Assembly (NCBI GenBank): GCA_964447495.1
Contig: CAYUTF010000061.1
Coordinates: 1-19,983 of the forward strand
Length of the DNA stretch: 19,983 bases
Direction of reading: 5' to 3'
Source: an uncultured archaeon
GTDB lineage: Archaea > Asgardarchaeota > Lokiarchaeia > Sigyniarchaeales > SOKP01
This document shows positions 9,297 to 17,647 of the stretch, piece by piece (positions within the stretch are counted from its first letter, which is position 1; each line of letters begins with the position of its first letter). The notes under the pieces are model-generated. The model had not been told where the DNA came from. It worked only from the letters and a program-made list of their open reading frames with translations, and ran no database searches. Position numbers and translations under genes: made by a program.

Positions 9297-10079
9297 ATGC
9301 AGGCTGGCAATCAACTAATAAAACGGCTTCAATCGGGTTCGATTCGGGGAATAATATTTGATTTTGACGGTACGCTCCTTGATATAAGGGAACCGCTTCA
9401 GAGAGCAATAGAGGAAGTCTACCAAGCGAAAAATATTAATGCCGATATTACAAGCACAATAGAGGAGATCGGGGCATTAATGGAAACAATTCAAGGGTAT
9501 CCTCTTCCAAAAATCTTGCTTGAATCCTATGAAATGTTTAAGTATATTTCCTCACTAAAATCATTGACATTTTTTAAGAAGCTTGAGATAGCTATAAAAA
9601 TTTTTACGAAATATTTGACATATGCGAAGGAAGCTCCGTTATTTCCTAACACAGTAGAGATATTAAAAAAACTTAAAAAATCGTTTGATCTCTTTATTGT
9701 ATCCCATAATCAAACGAGAAATGTGCTCGAACATCTAGAGAAGGAAAATATCAAACCCTTTTTCAAAGGGATATTTGGAGCGGATGTATTACCTGCCTTA
9801 AAACCTGATCCTAAGGCATTGAGCCCAATTTTTGAAAGTTATAAATCGTGCAAGTTGAAAGATTTTATAATGGTTGGAGATATGCCATCGGATATCGAGG
9901 TGGGACGAGAGGCTGGTGTTTGGACAATTGCCATCGCGAGCGGTGTGAGTAGTAAGCAAACCTTAACAGAATTCAAGCCAGATATATTAGTTGAATCGTT
10001 GGATGATTTTCTTAATTTAATTGAACAAAAAAAAGTATCAAATTCAAATACTCAAAAAGGTCTTAAAATAAAATCCTAA
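9297..10079 (+). CDS. HAD-superfamily phosphatase (subfamily IA, Gph-like, C1 cap)
   Basis: Motif I FDFDGTLLD, motif II IVSHN, motif III KPDP, motif IV VGDMPSD. Confidence 0.92.
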   Translation: MQAGNQLIKRLQSGSIRGIIFDFDGTLLDIREPLQRAIEEVYQAKNINADITSTIEEIGALMETIQGYPLPKILLESYEMFKYISSLKSLTFFKKLEIAIKIFTKYLTYAKEAPLFPNTVEILKKLKKSFDLFIVSHNQTRNVLEHLEKENIKPFFKGIFGADVLPALKPDPKALSPIFESYKSCKLKDFIMVGDMPSDIEVGREAGVWTIAIASGVSSKQTLTEFKPDILVESLDDFLNLIEQKKVSNSNTQKGLKIKS

Positions 10080-10083
10080 GAGG

Positions 10084-11748
10084 ATGAATAGTATGGAACT
10101 GAATGAAATAGAAGCTGCTAAAAAAATTGATGAAGATGAGCTAACCGAAACTGAAAAGGAAAAAATGAAAGGAGAGTTAGAGCTTGGTAAGCGTCATCAA
10201 AACTGGATGTATCAACTATTAAAATACAATCCAATTGACCCTATAAATGATGTTTATCGTCAAGCTGTAAAGCGATTAAATGTAGAAGATAAAGAGGGAC
10301 AACTTCAATGGTGGGCAGCATATATTTATGTAAAATGGTTCGTGAGGACATTATGGAATTTTAAGGCGATCTATCCGAAAAAAAACATGTTTCCTGAATT
10401 TGGACCTGGCGTAGTGGTCTCTAATCACCAATCTCATATAGATCCTTTCCTTCTTGGTGCTGCATGCCATCGCCGCATTAGATTTATGAGTAAACTTGAT
10501 AATTTTAAAACTCCTTTAGTAAGGACATTATTTTCGAATTTAGGTGCTTTCAAAGTGGATCGTGAGCACCCTGAAGCTGGTTGGGAGCGCGCGCGACAAG
10601 TTATTAGAAAAGGTGATTGGGTGGGAATCTTTCCGGAAGGCACCCGTAGCAAAGATGGTGAGTTAGGAGAGTTTAAGACGGGAGCTGTAAGATTAGCAAT
10701 TGAGATGGATGTACCTATTGTCCCCATGGGGATTGTTGGTTCTCTAAATGCATTACCTAAAGGAAATTTAATGATGAAACCCACACAAATAATTGTTCGG
10801 GTTGGTGATCCTATTTATTATGACAATTATGATATTAACACAGTGACCTATGAAGAAATACATCGGTTAAATGATGAACTACGAACTATCATTTTTGAAT
10901 TAAAGGAAGGGACATACGGTAAAGTCGAGGAGGGTCTCTCTATCGGAAGTGTTGAAGATATCGAAAGAGTTCCAAAACTTACTTTCAAATCATATATGAA
11001 AGATTTAGGGAAAAGCATTTTAAGGTTAGTGGATGATACCTGGTATGCATTTCTTAAAAGTTTAGAAGTTTTCGGGCTTCGAGATACATTCCAAGAGGCG
11101 GTTCAGAATTTTTCAGGATGGTTGGTTCATAATTGGAGTGACCTCATGTTACCCTATAAAGTCATTGATTATGATAAGTATATTCCCGACTCTGGTGCTG
11201 CTATCCTTTGTACCAATCACAATTCCGAATGGGATGTTATAATGACAGCGACGAGCATGATCTATCATAAGCATCGTGTGATTTATCAAATGTCGAAACA
11301 AACATTATTTAAACCTCCGGTAGTTAATGCATGGATTCGTAATCATCACGCGTTTCCTCTAAAGCGTGGGCAAAGCGACCGAGATTCCTATAATTATGCG
11401 GGGTACCTTTTAGATAATGGTCATATCGTTATGATCTATCCTGAAGGTACTACTAATCTTGGCGAAGGGGAATTATTAGAGGGCCATACCGGAGCTATAC
11501 GTCTTGCAATCGAGAAGCAAGTTCCAATCTTACTAATTGGTATAACTGGTACAGAACATACTTACCCAAAGCACGCTAAGATGTTAAACTTTTATAAGGG
11601 TCAAATCTTTAAAGCAGGACCAGCCTTTATGGAACATCAGCAATATTGGGGCAAACCAGTGCCTGACTATGATGAACTTAAGCGATTAACCGCGAATATG
11701 ATGGCTCAACTAAAAGAATTACTCATGTATGACACTCCAGATGCGTAA
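10084..11748 (+). CDS. Tandem double-domain glycerolipid acyltransferase (two PlsC/LPLAT domains)
   Basis: Domain 1: NHQSHID (HxxxxD), FMSK, FKVDR, IFPEGTRS, FKTG. Domain 2: NHNSEWD, QMSK, FPLKR, IYPEGTT, GHTG. Starts 4 nt after the HAD stop. Confidence 0.93.
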   Translation: MNSMELNEIEAAKKIDEDELTETEKEKMKGELELGKRHQNWMYQLLKYNPIDPINDVYRQAVKRLNVEDKEGQLQWWAAYIYVKWFVRTLWNFKAIYPKKNMFPEFGPGVVVSNHQSHIDPFLLGAACHRRIRFMSKLDNFKTPLVRTLFSNLGAFKVDREHPEAGWERARQVIRKGDWVGIFPEGTRSKDGELGEFKTGAVRLAIEMDVPIVPMGIVGSLNALPKGNLMMKPTQIIVRVGDPIYYDNYDINTVTYEEIHRLNDELRTIIFELKEGTYGKVEEGLSIGSVEDIERVPKLTFKSYMKDLGKSILRLVDDTWYAFLKSLEVFGLRDTFQEAVQNFSGWLVHNWSDLMLPYKVIDYDKYIPDSGAAILCTNHNSEWDVIMTATSMIYHKHRVIYQMSKQTLFKPPVVNAWIRNHHAFPLKRGQSDRDSYNYAGYLLDNGHIVMIYPEGTTNLGEGELLEGHTGAIRLAIEKQVPILLIGITGTEHTYPKHAKMLNFYKGQIFKAGPAFMEHQQYWGKPVPDYDELKRLTANMMAQLKELLMYDTPDA

Positions 11749-11769
11749 TTGGTAAGGGGTTTCTTTACG

Positions 11770-12846
11770 ATGGAACTTAGTGAACATAGTGAGAGAACGA
11801 GATATAAAGTAGGGATACCGAGAGCTCTACACTACTATCGTTATTATCCATTTTGGAAAAAATTATTAGAAGAATTGGATGTTGAAATCATATTAAGCCC
11901 TCAAACAAATAAGAAAATCGTTGAAGAGGGAGTCACTCATGGTTTTGGTGAACTGTGTATCCCCGTAAAAATATATTACGGTCAAGTGCTAAAATTAATC
12001 GAGGAAAATCCCGATTTAGACTTTCTATTTGTACCTCGATATGTCTCAGAAGATCAAGATTCGTATTTTTGCCCGAAATTTTTATCCCTACCTGATGTAA
12101 TTAAGATTCTACCGGAAGTACCAAAGATTTTAAATTTTGAAGTAAATGTAAAAGAATTTCCTATTGCTACTTCTGCTGTAGAACTTGGTAAACAGCTCGG
12201 TAAAGGTCAAAATGCCTCTCTTGACGCTTATAAAAAAGCCCAAGCCTATTTTGATGAATACCATGAATTTTTACGCCAAGGGGGTTCTGTGAATCACGCA
12301 TTACGTTTAGTCCAGCGAAATATTCCCTTTAAACTACCAAAAAAGAAAATTCAAGGGGATATCAGATTTCTATTGCTCGGTCATGCGTATAACATATTTG
12401 ATACCTTCATTAATTTAGATTTTATTAAAAAATTACAAGATCAAGATGTGGAAGTTCTCACAATTGAAAACATCCCTGAGTTTATCTTTAAAGAACCGGT
12501 CATCGTAAATCCAAGGGGCGGAATCCTAAGAAATTACTGGCGCCATGAGGAGGAAATAATGCAAGCCATACGATTTTTCCTAACAAAAGGACGAAATGAA
12601 ATAGATGGTGTTATTTTTTTAATTAGCTTTGCATGCGGTCCTGATAGTCTTATCTCAGAATTAATTATGCGCGACATGAAAGTTGTCGGGTTGCCCTTTT
12701 TGGAGATCATAATGGACGAACATTCAGGTGAGGCGGGTATGATGACTCGGATCGAAAGCTTTGTTGAGATGGTCCGCCGAAAAAGAAAAAAATTGGGATT
12801 AGAACCGAGATGGAAAGCGAAAATTAAATTTTATCAGACAACATAA
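11770..12846 (+). CDS. DUF2229 / acyl-CoA dehydratase-reductase-like Fe-S subunit (PlsA C-terminal-type domain)
   Basis: KVGIPRALHYYRYYPFW, ELCIPVKIYYG, FCPKF, FACGPDS, DEHSGEAGMMTRIESF. ATG 11770, preceded by GGTAAGGGGT, is preferred over TTG 11749. Confidence 0.88.
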   Translation: MELSEHSERTRYKVGIPRALHYYRYYPFWKKLLEELDVEIILSPQTNKKIVEEGVTHGFGELCIPVKIYYGQVLKLIEENPDLDFLFVPRYVSEDQDSYFCPKFLSLPDVIKILPEVPKILNFEVNVKEFPIATSAVELGKQLGKGQNASLDAYKKAQAYFDEYHEFLRQGGSVNHALRLVQRNIPFKLPKKKIQGDIRFLLLGHAYNIFDTFINLDFIKKLQDQDVEVLTIENIPEFIFKEPVIVNPRGGILRNYWRHEEEIMQAIRFFLTKGRNEIDGVIFLISFACGPDSLISELIMRDMKVVGLPFLEIIMDEHSGEAGMMTRIESFVEMVRRKRKKLGLEPRWKAKIKFYQTT

Positions 12847-12982
12847 TTGTTTCTAAGATTAAACTATTCCTTCTATTTATTTATTTTCATCTTAGAAATC
12901 TGATGTAGTAGTGTATTAAAAGGCTTTAAACTTACTTCCCTACTTTTGGATATCAAATGAATTAATTACTATTATTTACTCT

Positions 12983-13004
12983 TTCTTTCTTGCCTTCTAC
13001 ATTT
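12983..13004. repeat. Imperfect 22-bp inverted repeat, left arm (partner 14456-14477)
   Basis: ttctttcttgccttctacattt; its reverse complement matches 14456-14477 at 21/22 positions. Confidence 0.5.
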
Positions 13005-13156
13005 GAATACTTAATCTCTTTTTTATTAACTAAGTTGTGCATTTTCTCGTTATGTGCTCCATAAATTCCTACACATAGTCTTAGTTTTATTAAAATTTTG
13101 GTATATTTTTAATAGAACTATCATACTTTTGAGATTCTGAACGTAATGGGTAATTT

Positions 13157-13164
13157 TTTATATA
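13157..13164 (+). promoter_or_regulatory. Candidate TATA box for the 13233-16585 transcription unit
   Basis: tttatata about 70 nt upstream of ATG 13233 in a 386-bp intergenic gap; no clear BRE. Confidence 0.3.
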
Positions 13165-13232
13165 AGATTGTGTTATTTATTCAAATACCAAGTTAAGTAA
13201 AATGTAAAACACCCACAAAAAACAAATAAATA

Positions 13233-14420
13233 ATGCTCATATCCTTTCCGAATATGGGATCCAGCTGGGTCGCATTCAAAACACTGTTCACGGCATTAGA
13301 TTTAGAAGTTGTCCTTCCCGACCCTACAAATCGAGAGGCAATCAAAATCGGAGTTAAACATAGCCCCGAATTTGTATGTTTTCCATTTAAAGCTACAATC
13401 GGGGATTTTGTGAGTTCTATTAAGAAGGGAGCCGATACTCTTGTAATGGCAGTTGACTGTGGTCCATGTCGCTTCGGATTTTATGCGAGTGTACAAGAGC
13501 GCATTTTAAGGGATATGGGATACAAAAATGTAAGGGTAATTCCTTTGGATCAGGCAGATCTTCTTGAATTTCACTGGGTCAAGACCCTCCAAGAATTGAG
13601 CGGTCGAAGGGATTTGTTTATCTATTCAAAATTTGTTAAAGCCGTAATTTATTTCTTGAAAAAATCAAAATTGCTCAATGACATTCAAACTGCGGAAGGT
13701 TTATTCCGTGCTTATGAACGTAATTTAGGCGACACAACTCGAGTAATTAATGAATTGTTGCAGAAATTAGATAATGCAAATTCGTTGTCAGAATTACGTA
13801 GCTTCAAAAAAGTGATAAAAGACGATTTCAATTCCATTGATGTTGATAAAACTAGAACTCCTTTAAGGGTTGGTCTTTCTGGTGAGATTCATATCAGTCT
13901 AGAACCGTATGTTAATTTAGATATTAGACGAAAATTGGGTGAGATGGGAGTTGAAATTCATCAAAGCCTAAGCCTTTATGATTGGGTGGTGCATAAATTT
14001 CATCTTAATTATCATCGAAAATGGCTCGAGCATTTAGCAAAACCTTATATGCCGATGGATATTGGCGGGGAATGTGTTTGGGTTCTTGGAGAATATATTG
14101 ATAAGGCAAACGCGGGGTTTGATGGATTTGTTCATTCGTATCCGTTTACCTGCATGCCCGAAGTAACCGCTCGAACAATTATAACCAATAAACTTAAGAA
14201 AATCTACGATCTTCCAATAATCTACTTTTCTTTTGATGAGCAGAGTGGTCAAGAGGGCTTTCGAACAAGATTAGAGGCGTTTTACGACTTAATGGAATCT
14301 AGACGGAATCAAGAAATTAAAAAAAACCCTGAATTTATGGCAAATGGAAAGAAGAAAATTTATCCGCATTACGGAGACGTTTTTTATAATGAAATCGCTC
14401 AATTAATTCAAGCAGAGTGA
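13233..14420 (+). CDS. 2-hydroxyacyl-CoA dehydratase D-component-like Fe-S subunit (PlsR-like)
   Basis: SFPNMG, SPEFVCFPFKATIGDF, CGPCRFGFY, LSGEI, PFTCMPE, FDEQSGQEGFRTRLEAF. Confidence 0.86.
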   Translation: MLISFPNMGSSWVAFKTLFTALDLEVVLPDPTNREAIKIGVKHSPEFVCFPFKATIGDFVSSIKKGADTLVMAVDCGPCRFGFYASVQERILRDMGYKNVRVIPLDQADLLEFHWVKTLQELSGRRDLFIYSKFVKAVIYFLKKSKLLNDIQTAEGLFRAYERNLGDTTRVINELLQKLDNANSLSELRSFKKVIKDDFNSIDVDKTRTPLRVGLSGEIHISLEPYVNLDIRRKLGEMGVEIHQSLSLYDWVVHKFHLNYHRKWLEHLAKPYMPMDIGGECVWVLGEYIDKANAGFDGFVHSYPFTCMPEVTARTIITNKLKKIYDLPIIYFSFDEQSGQEGFRTRLEAFYDLMESRRNQEIKKNPEFMANGKKKIYPHYGDVFYNEIAQLIQAE

Positions 14421-14429
14421 AGAGAAAGC

Positions 14430-15455
14430 ATGGTTGAAGTATCTGATAAAGTAAAAAATGAAGAAGGCAAGAAAGAAGCGTTCTTAGGGATTGATATAGG
14501 ATCGGTTTCCTGTAAATTTGTCTTGATGGATATCGATGGAAAAGTCCTGACAAGTGTATTTTTGCGAAATCGAGGTTCCCCTATAGATTCTGCGAAAGCA
14601 GGGATGGGAGAATTACGTGATAATATTGAAGAAAATACAGATTTGCATGATTATGTTATAAAATGTTGCGGGACTACCGGTTCAGCAAGGTATTTAACTA
14701 AGGCGGTCGTTGGTGGCGATTTAGCGAAGACGGAAATAATTGCCCATGCGGTTGCTACACAATCAATGTATCCTGATGTAAGAACCATTCTTGAAATTGG
14801 AGGGCAAGATTCGAAAATCATTATCCTTCGTGAAGGAATCATCGTAGATTTTTCGATGAATTCGGTATGCGCAGCAGGTACAGGCTCATTTCTTGATCAT
14901 CAAGCATCACGATTGGGCATTCCAATTGAGGATTTTGGAGATTACGCTATTCGAGCAAAAAACCCCGTGAGTATTGCCGGAAGATGTACGGTATTTGCGG
15001 AGTCAGATATGATTCACAAACAGAACGCGGGATTTTCGAAAGAGGATATTATTGCGGGTTTGTGTGATTCGTTGGTAAGAAATTATATGAATAATGTGGG
15101 AAAAGGAAAAGAATTGGAAGAGCCCGTGGTATTTCAAGGGGGAGTTTCGTATAATAAAGGAATTATTGAAGCATTTGAAAGACATTTGGGCTGTAAGGTT
15201 ATTGTACCGAAATATAATGTATTGATGGGAGCCCTTGGAATGGCAATCCTAGTCAGAGATTATTATCTTGAGAACGGCAGTGAAACTGTATTTCGGGGTT
15301 TAGAAGTATCTGATATTGAATTTAAGACATCTACTTTCTATTGTGGCGATTGCCCTAATAATTGTGAGATTGTACAGGTTAAAATGCCTGAACAGGATAA
15401 TAAGGTTATTGCGCGTTGGGGTTCACGTTGTGGAAAGTGGGATCAATTAACATAA
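14430..15455 (+). CDS. ATP-dependent CoA-enzyme activase (BadF/BadG/BcrA/BcrD, HgdC-like) with C-terminal Cys-rich module
   Basis: GIDIGSVSCK, TTGSAR, EIIAHA, EIGGQDSK, MNSVCAAGTGSFL, GRCTVFAESD, QGGV; tail FYCGDCPNNCEI...WGSRCGKW. Confidence 0.93.
   Translation: MVEVSDKVKNEEGKKEAFLGIDIGSVSCKFVLMDIDGKVLTSVFLRNRGSPIDSAKAGMGELRDNIEENTDLHDYVIKCCGTTGSARYLTKAVVGGDLAKTEIIAHAVATQSMYPDVRTILEIGGQDSKIIILREGIIVDFSMNSVCAAGTGSFLDHQASRLGIPIEDFGDYAIRAKNPVSIAGRCTVFAESDMIHKQNAGFSKEDIIAGLCDSLVRNYMNNVGKGKELEEPVVFQGGVSYNKGIIEAFERHLGCKVIVPKYNVLMGALGMAILVRDYYLENGSETVFRGLEVSDIEFKTSTFYCGDCPNNCEIVQVKMPEQDNKVIARWGSRCGKWDQLT
14456..14477. repeat. Imperfect 22-bp inverted repeat, right arm (partner 12983-13004)
   Basis: aaatgaagaaggcaagaaagaa, inside the 5' end of the activase gene. 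Confidence 0.5.
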
Positions 15456-15483
15456 TTTTAATATAATTAAAGGTGTATACAAA

Positions 15484-15678
15484 ATGGCAGAATTTATAAA
15501 GCAATTGAGAGAGAGGGGAGAAGACTTTTTCGATACTATCAAACATAAGATAAAGTTATCGACAATTTTTGACTTATACACTGAAAAGGTAATACCTACA
15601 TTCGTTTCTGAAAAAGATTTAAAGGAATATTATGAGAGACGGATGGAGGAAGTAAATAATTTTATTGATAAATTATAA
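15484..15678 (+). CDS. Small helical hypothetical protein (64 aa)
   Basis: Fills the operon gap (28 nt upstream, 14 nt downstream); AGGTG SD-like site before ATG. Confidence 0.8.
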   Translation: MAEFIKQLRERGEDFFDTIKHKIKLSTIFDLYTEKVIPTFVSEKDLKEYYERRMEEVNNFIDKL

Positions 15679-15692
15679 GAGAGGTTAAGAAA

Positions 15693-16379
15693 ATGGTAGA
15701 AAATACGGTAGAAAAGGAAACCAAAGGAAAAGAGAAGATGTTTAGCAAGGATTTGATGGAAGACTTACTCTATGGCACCGTAAAGGGACTTGGTGCGTTT
15801 GGTCTTACAGCTTTTGCTGATCTGAAGATAGAGGGGAAAGAGAATGTTCCTATCATGGGGAAAGCGATCCTGACTACGATAAGTGATAACGCATTAAGAG
15901 ATATGCTAATTATTAGTCAAGTGACGGGGAGAAGGATTCATTTTATGGTGCATCATAAACTTATGAAGAATCAAATGTATGGACCCGTTCTTAAATCGTT
16001 AGGGATGTTTCGGAGCACATTAGACAAAGAAGATACTGAGCCAATTGATAAAGTATTCCATTATTTAAATGAGGCCGGTGATCTTGTCGCGATGACTCCT
16101 GAATCTAAATTAGAGAAAGATATCCAAATAAAAGCGATGGCAGGAATTATTAAATTTGCCGTAGCGGGGGATGCTCCTATCATTCCGTTAGCAATTTACA
16201 CAGAAAAAACCAAGATCTTGAATTTGATCGATTCGCAAGGAATTAGAGTAAAAATCGGTACTCCTTTACCGGTGGAGAAGCGATTGAATCGTGAGAAATA
16301 TCGAGATCAAAGGTATGAACTTGCAGAGGATATTATTAATATCATTGATTCTCTAAAAATTCAGCCTATGGATGATTAA
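15693..16379 (+). CDS. PlsC-fold acyltransferase-like protein with degenerate catalytic motifs
   Basis: IEGKENVP, RRIHFMV, VAMTPE, APIIPLAI, IRVKIGTPL follow the PlsC pattern; HxxxxD is replaced by SDNALRD. GAGAGG SD upstream. Confidence 0.8.
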   Translation: MVENTVEKETKGKEKMFSKDLMEDLLYGTVKGLGAFGLTAFADLKIEGKENVPIMGKAILTTISDNALRDMLIISQVTGRRIHFMVHHKLMKNQMYGPVLKSLGMFRSTLDKEDTEPIDKVFHYLNEAGDLVAMTPESKLEKDIQIKAMAGIIKFAVAGDAPIIPLAIYTEKTKILNLIDSQGIRVKIGTPLPVEKRLNREKYRDQRYELAEDIINIIDSLKIQPMDD

Positions 16380-16393
16380 AAAAAAAGAGGTAA

Positions 16394-16585
16394 ATGTATT
16401 TGGAAAGTGAATTTGAATTAAATTCCGAGCTAGAGCAACGCAAAGAAGAGTTAATAAAAAAATTAGAAGCGGCTCATGAAGATGGAGAGCTTATTGGAGA
16501 CATTTTTTATCACTCCATGAAACAATTTTTTGACTTGGGCGTTGAACTTGCTAAAGATTTAGCATCAGGAGAAGAAGAAGACTAA
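16394..16585 (+). CDS. Small acidic hypothetical protein (63 aa)
   Basis: GAGGT SD directly before ATG; 14 nt after the previous stop; last gene of the co-directional run. Confidence 0.75.
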   Translation: MYLESEFELNSELEQRKEELIKKLEAAHEDGELIGDIFYHSMKQFFDLGVELAKDLASGEEED

Positions 16586-16608
16586 TCGAGTTATCATTGA
16601 TTAGAGAG

Positions 16609-16619
16609 TTTTCTTTTTT
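16609..16619 (+). terminator. Candidate archaeal oligo-T terminator
   Basis: ttttctttttt about 25 nt after the last operon gene, in a convergent intergenic region. Confidence 0.3.
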
Positions 16620-16702
16620 ATCTCCTTCATGAAGATAATTTCAGTTAGTGATGGAATTTTTCTTTATGGTAGTAAATACTTTTTAAGTGATTTGAAAGGG
16701 AC

Positions 16703-17338
16703 TTAATACAGCTTGGTTTTATTGAAGTGAATGTAAATATTCCATTCAAAAAAAATGCCTTTATATTTACCATCGGCAGTTCCAACTAGCTTAAACCCGT
16801 TATATTCATGCCATAGAACAGAAGCTTTATTTTCTAGTGGCTTTTTTACAATAAAAGCTACTATGGGAGAATCTATATCAGCTAATATTTGTTTTAATAT
16901 CGCAGTTGCTATTCCTCGGCGTTTATACTCAACCAGAATACTTATCTGATCCAAGTAGGTAAAACCACCATTCCCCTTTGTAAGTAAATGCGCTATACGT
17001 TGATTTTTGATATAAAGGTTATTTAAAGTGCTCCGTAATGTTTTTATATCCATTTGGTTCTTGTGAATACTTATAAACCCTAATATTTCCTCGTTTTTAG
17101 TCTTTGCAACATAGATATCGGTTTTTTTATCTTTAATTAGCTTTTGATAATATATCATATCTGCTTCTATCCTTAAAAAACCATTTTCTTCTAATTCTCT
17201 CCTTTTTTCATCAGAAATTTTACTAATATCTTCAATTTCAACTAAATTTGACTTTAGAGCAGTGTGGATACCTTTTGCATCAGATAGTTCTGCGATAATT
17301 ATGTGATAAGTTACTTCAGGATGATGATCATTATTCAT
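16703..17338 (-). CDS. GNAT family N-acetyltransferase
   Basis: YLDQISILVEYKRRGIATAILK acetyl-CoA motif A and NKASVLWHEYNGF motif B; ATG 17338 preferred over TTG 17407. Confidence 0.88.
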   Translation of the reverse strand: MNNDHHPEVTYHIIIAELSDAKGIHTALKSNLVEIEDISKISDEKRRELEENGFLRIEADMIYYQKLIKDKKTDIYVAKTKNEEILGFISIHKNQMDIKTLRSTLNNLYIKNQRIAHLLTKGNGGFTYLDQISILVEYKRRGIATAILKQILADIDSPIVAFIVKKPLENKASVLWHEYNGFKLVGTADGKYKGIFFEWNIYIHFNKTKLY

Positions 17339-17647
17339 TTTCAAAGCCTTACCAAGTAATTGTATTTTTAAAAAAAAGTATTTTCTTTTAGTAAAGTAAC
17401 ATACCAAGTTAAATTAAATTTAACCATTTTTGTAAACTTGATTAATTTCTTAGCAGATTCCAATTGAATAATTCATAACCTTTTATTTATTCTAAAAATA
17501 ATTATACTACTAAATAATGATGGTATGAGAAATATAGAAAATCCAGAAATGGAAATAGAAAAAGAGTCCAAAGTCAGGGTCTGTATTTTATAGGGGATCT
17601 TATTCTTTTTTAATTAAATTTTTAAATCACATTAAGATTAATTACTT

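Noticed and set aside
12847-13232. Small gene or structured ncRNA in the intergenic gap
   Set aside because: Only short frames (under 50 codons) were found on the minus strand, none was reported by the ORF track, and no convincing GC-rich stem is present.
16394-16585. Acyl carrier protein
   Set aside because: No DSL-type phosphopantetheine attachment motif, and shorter than typical ACPs.
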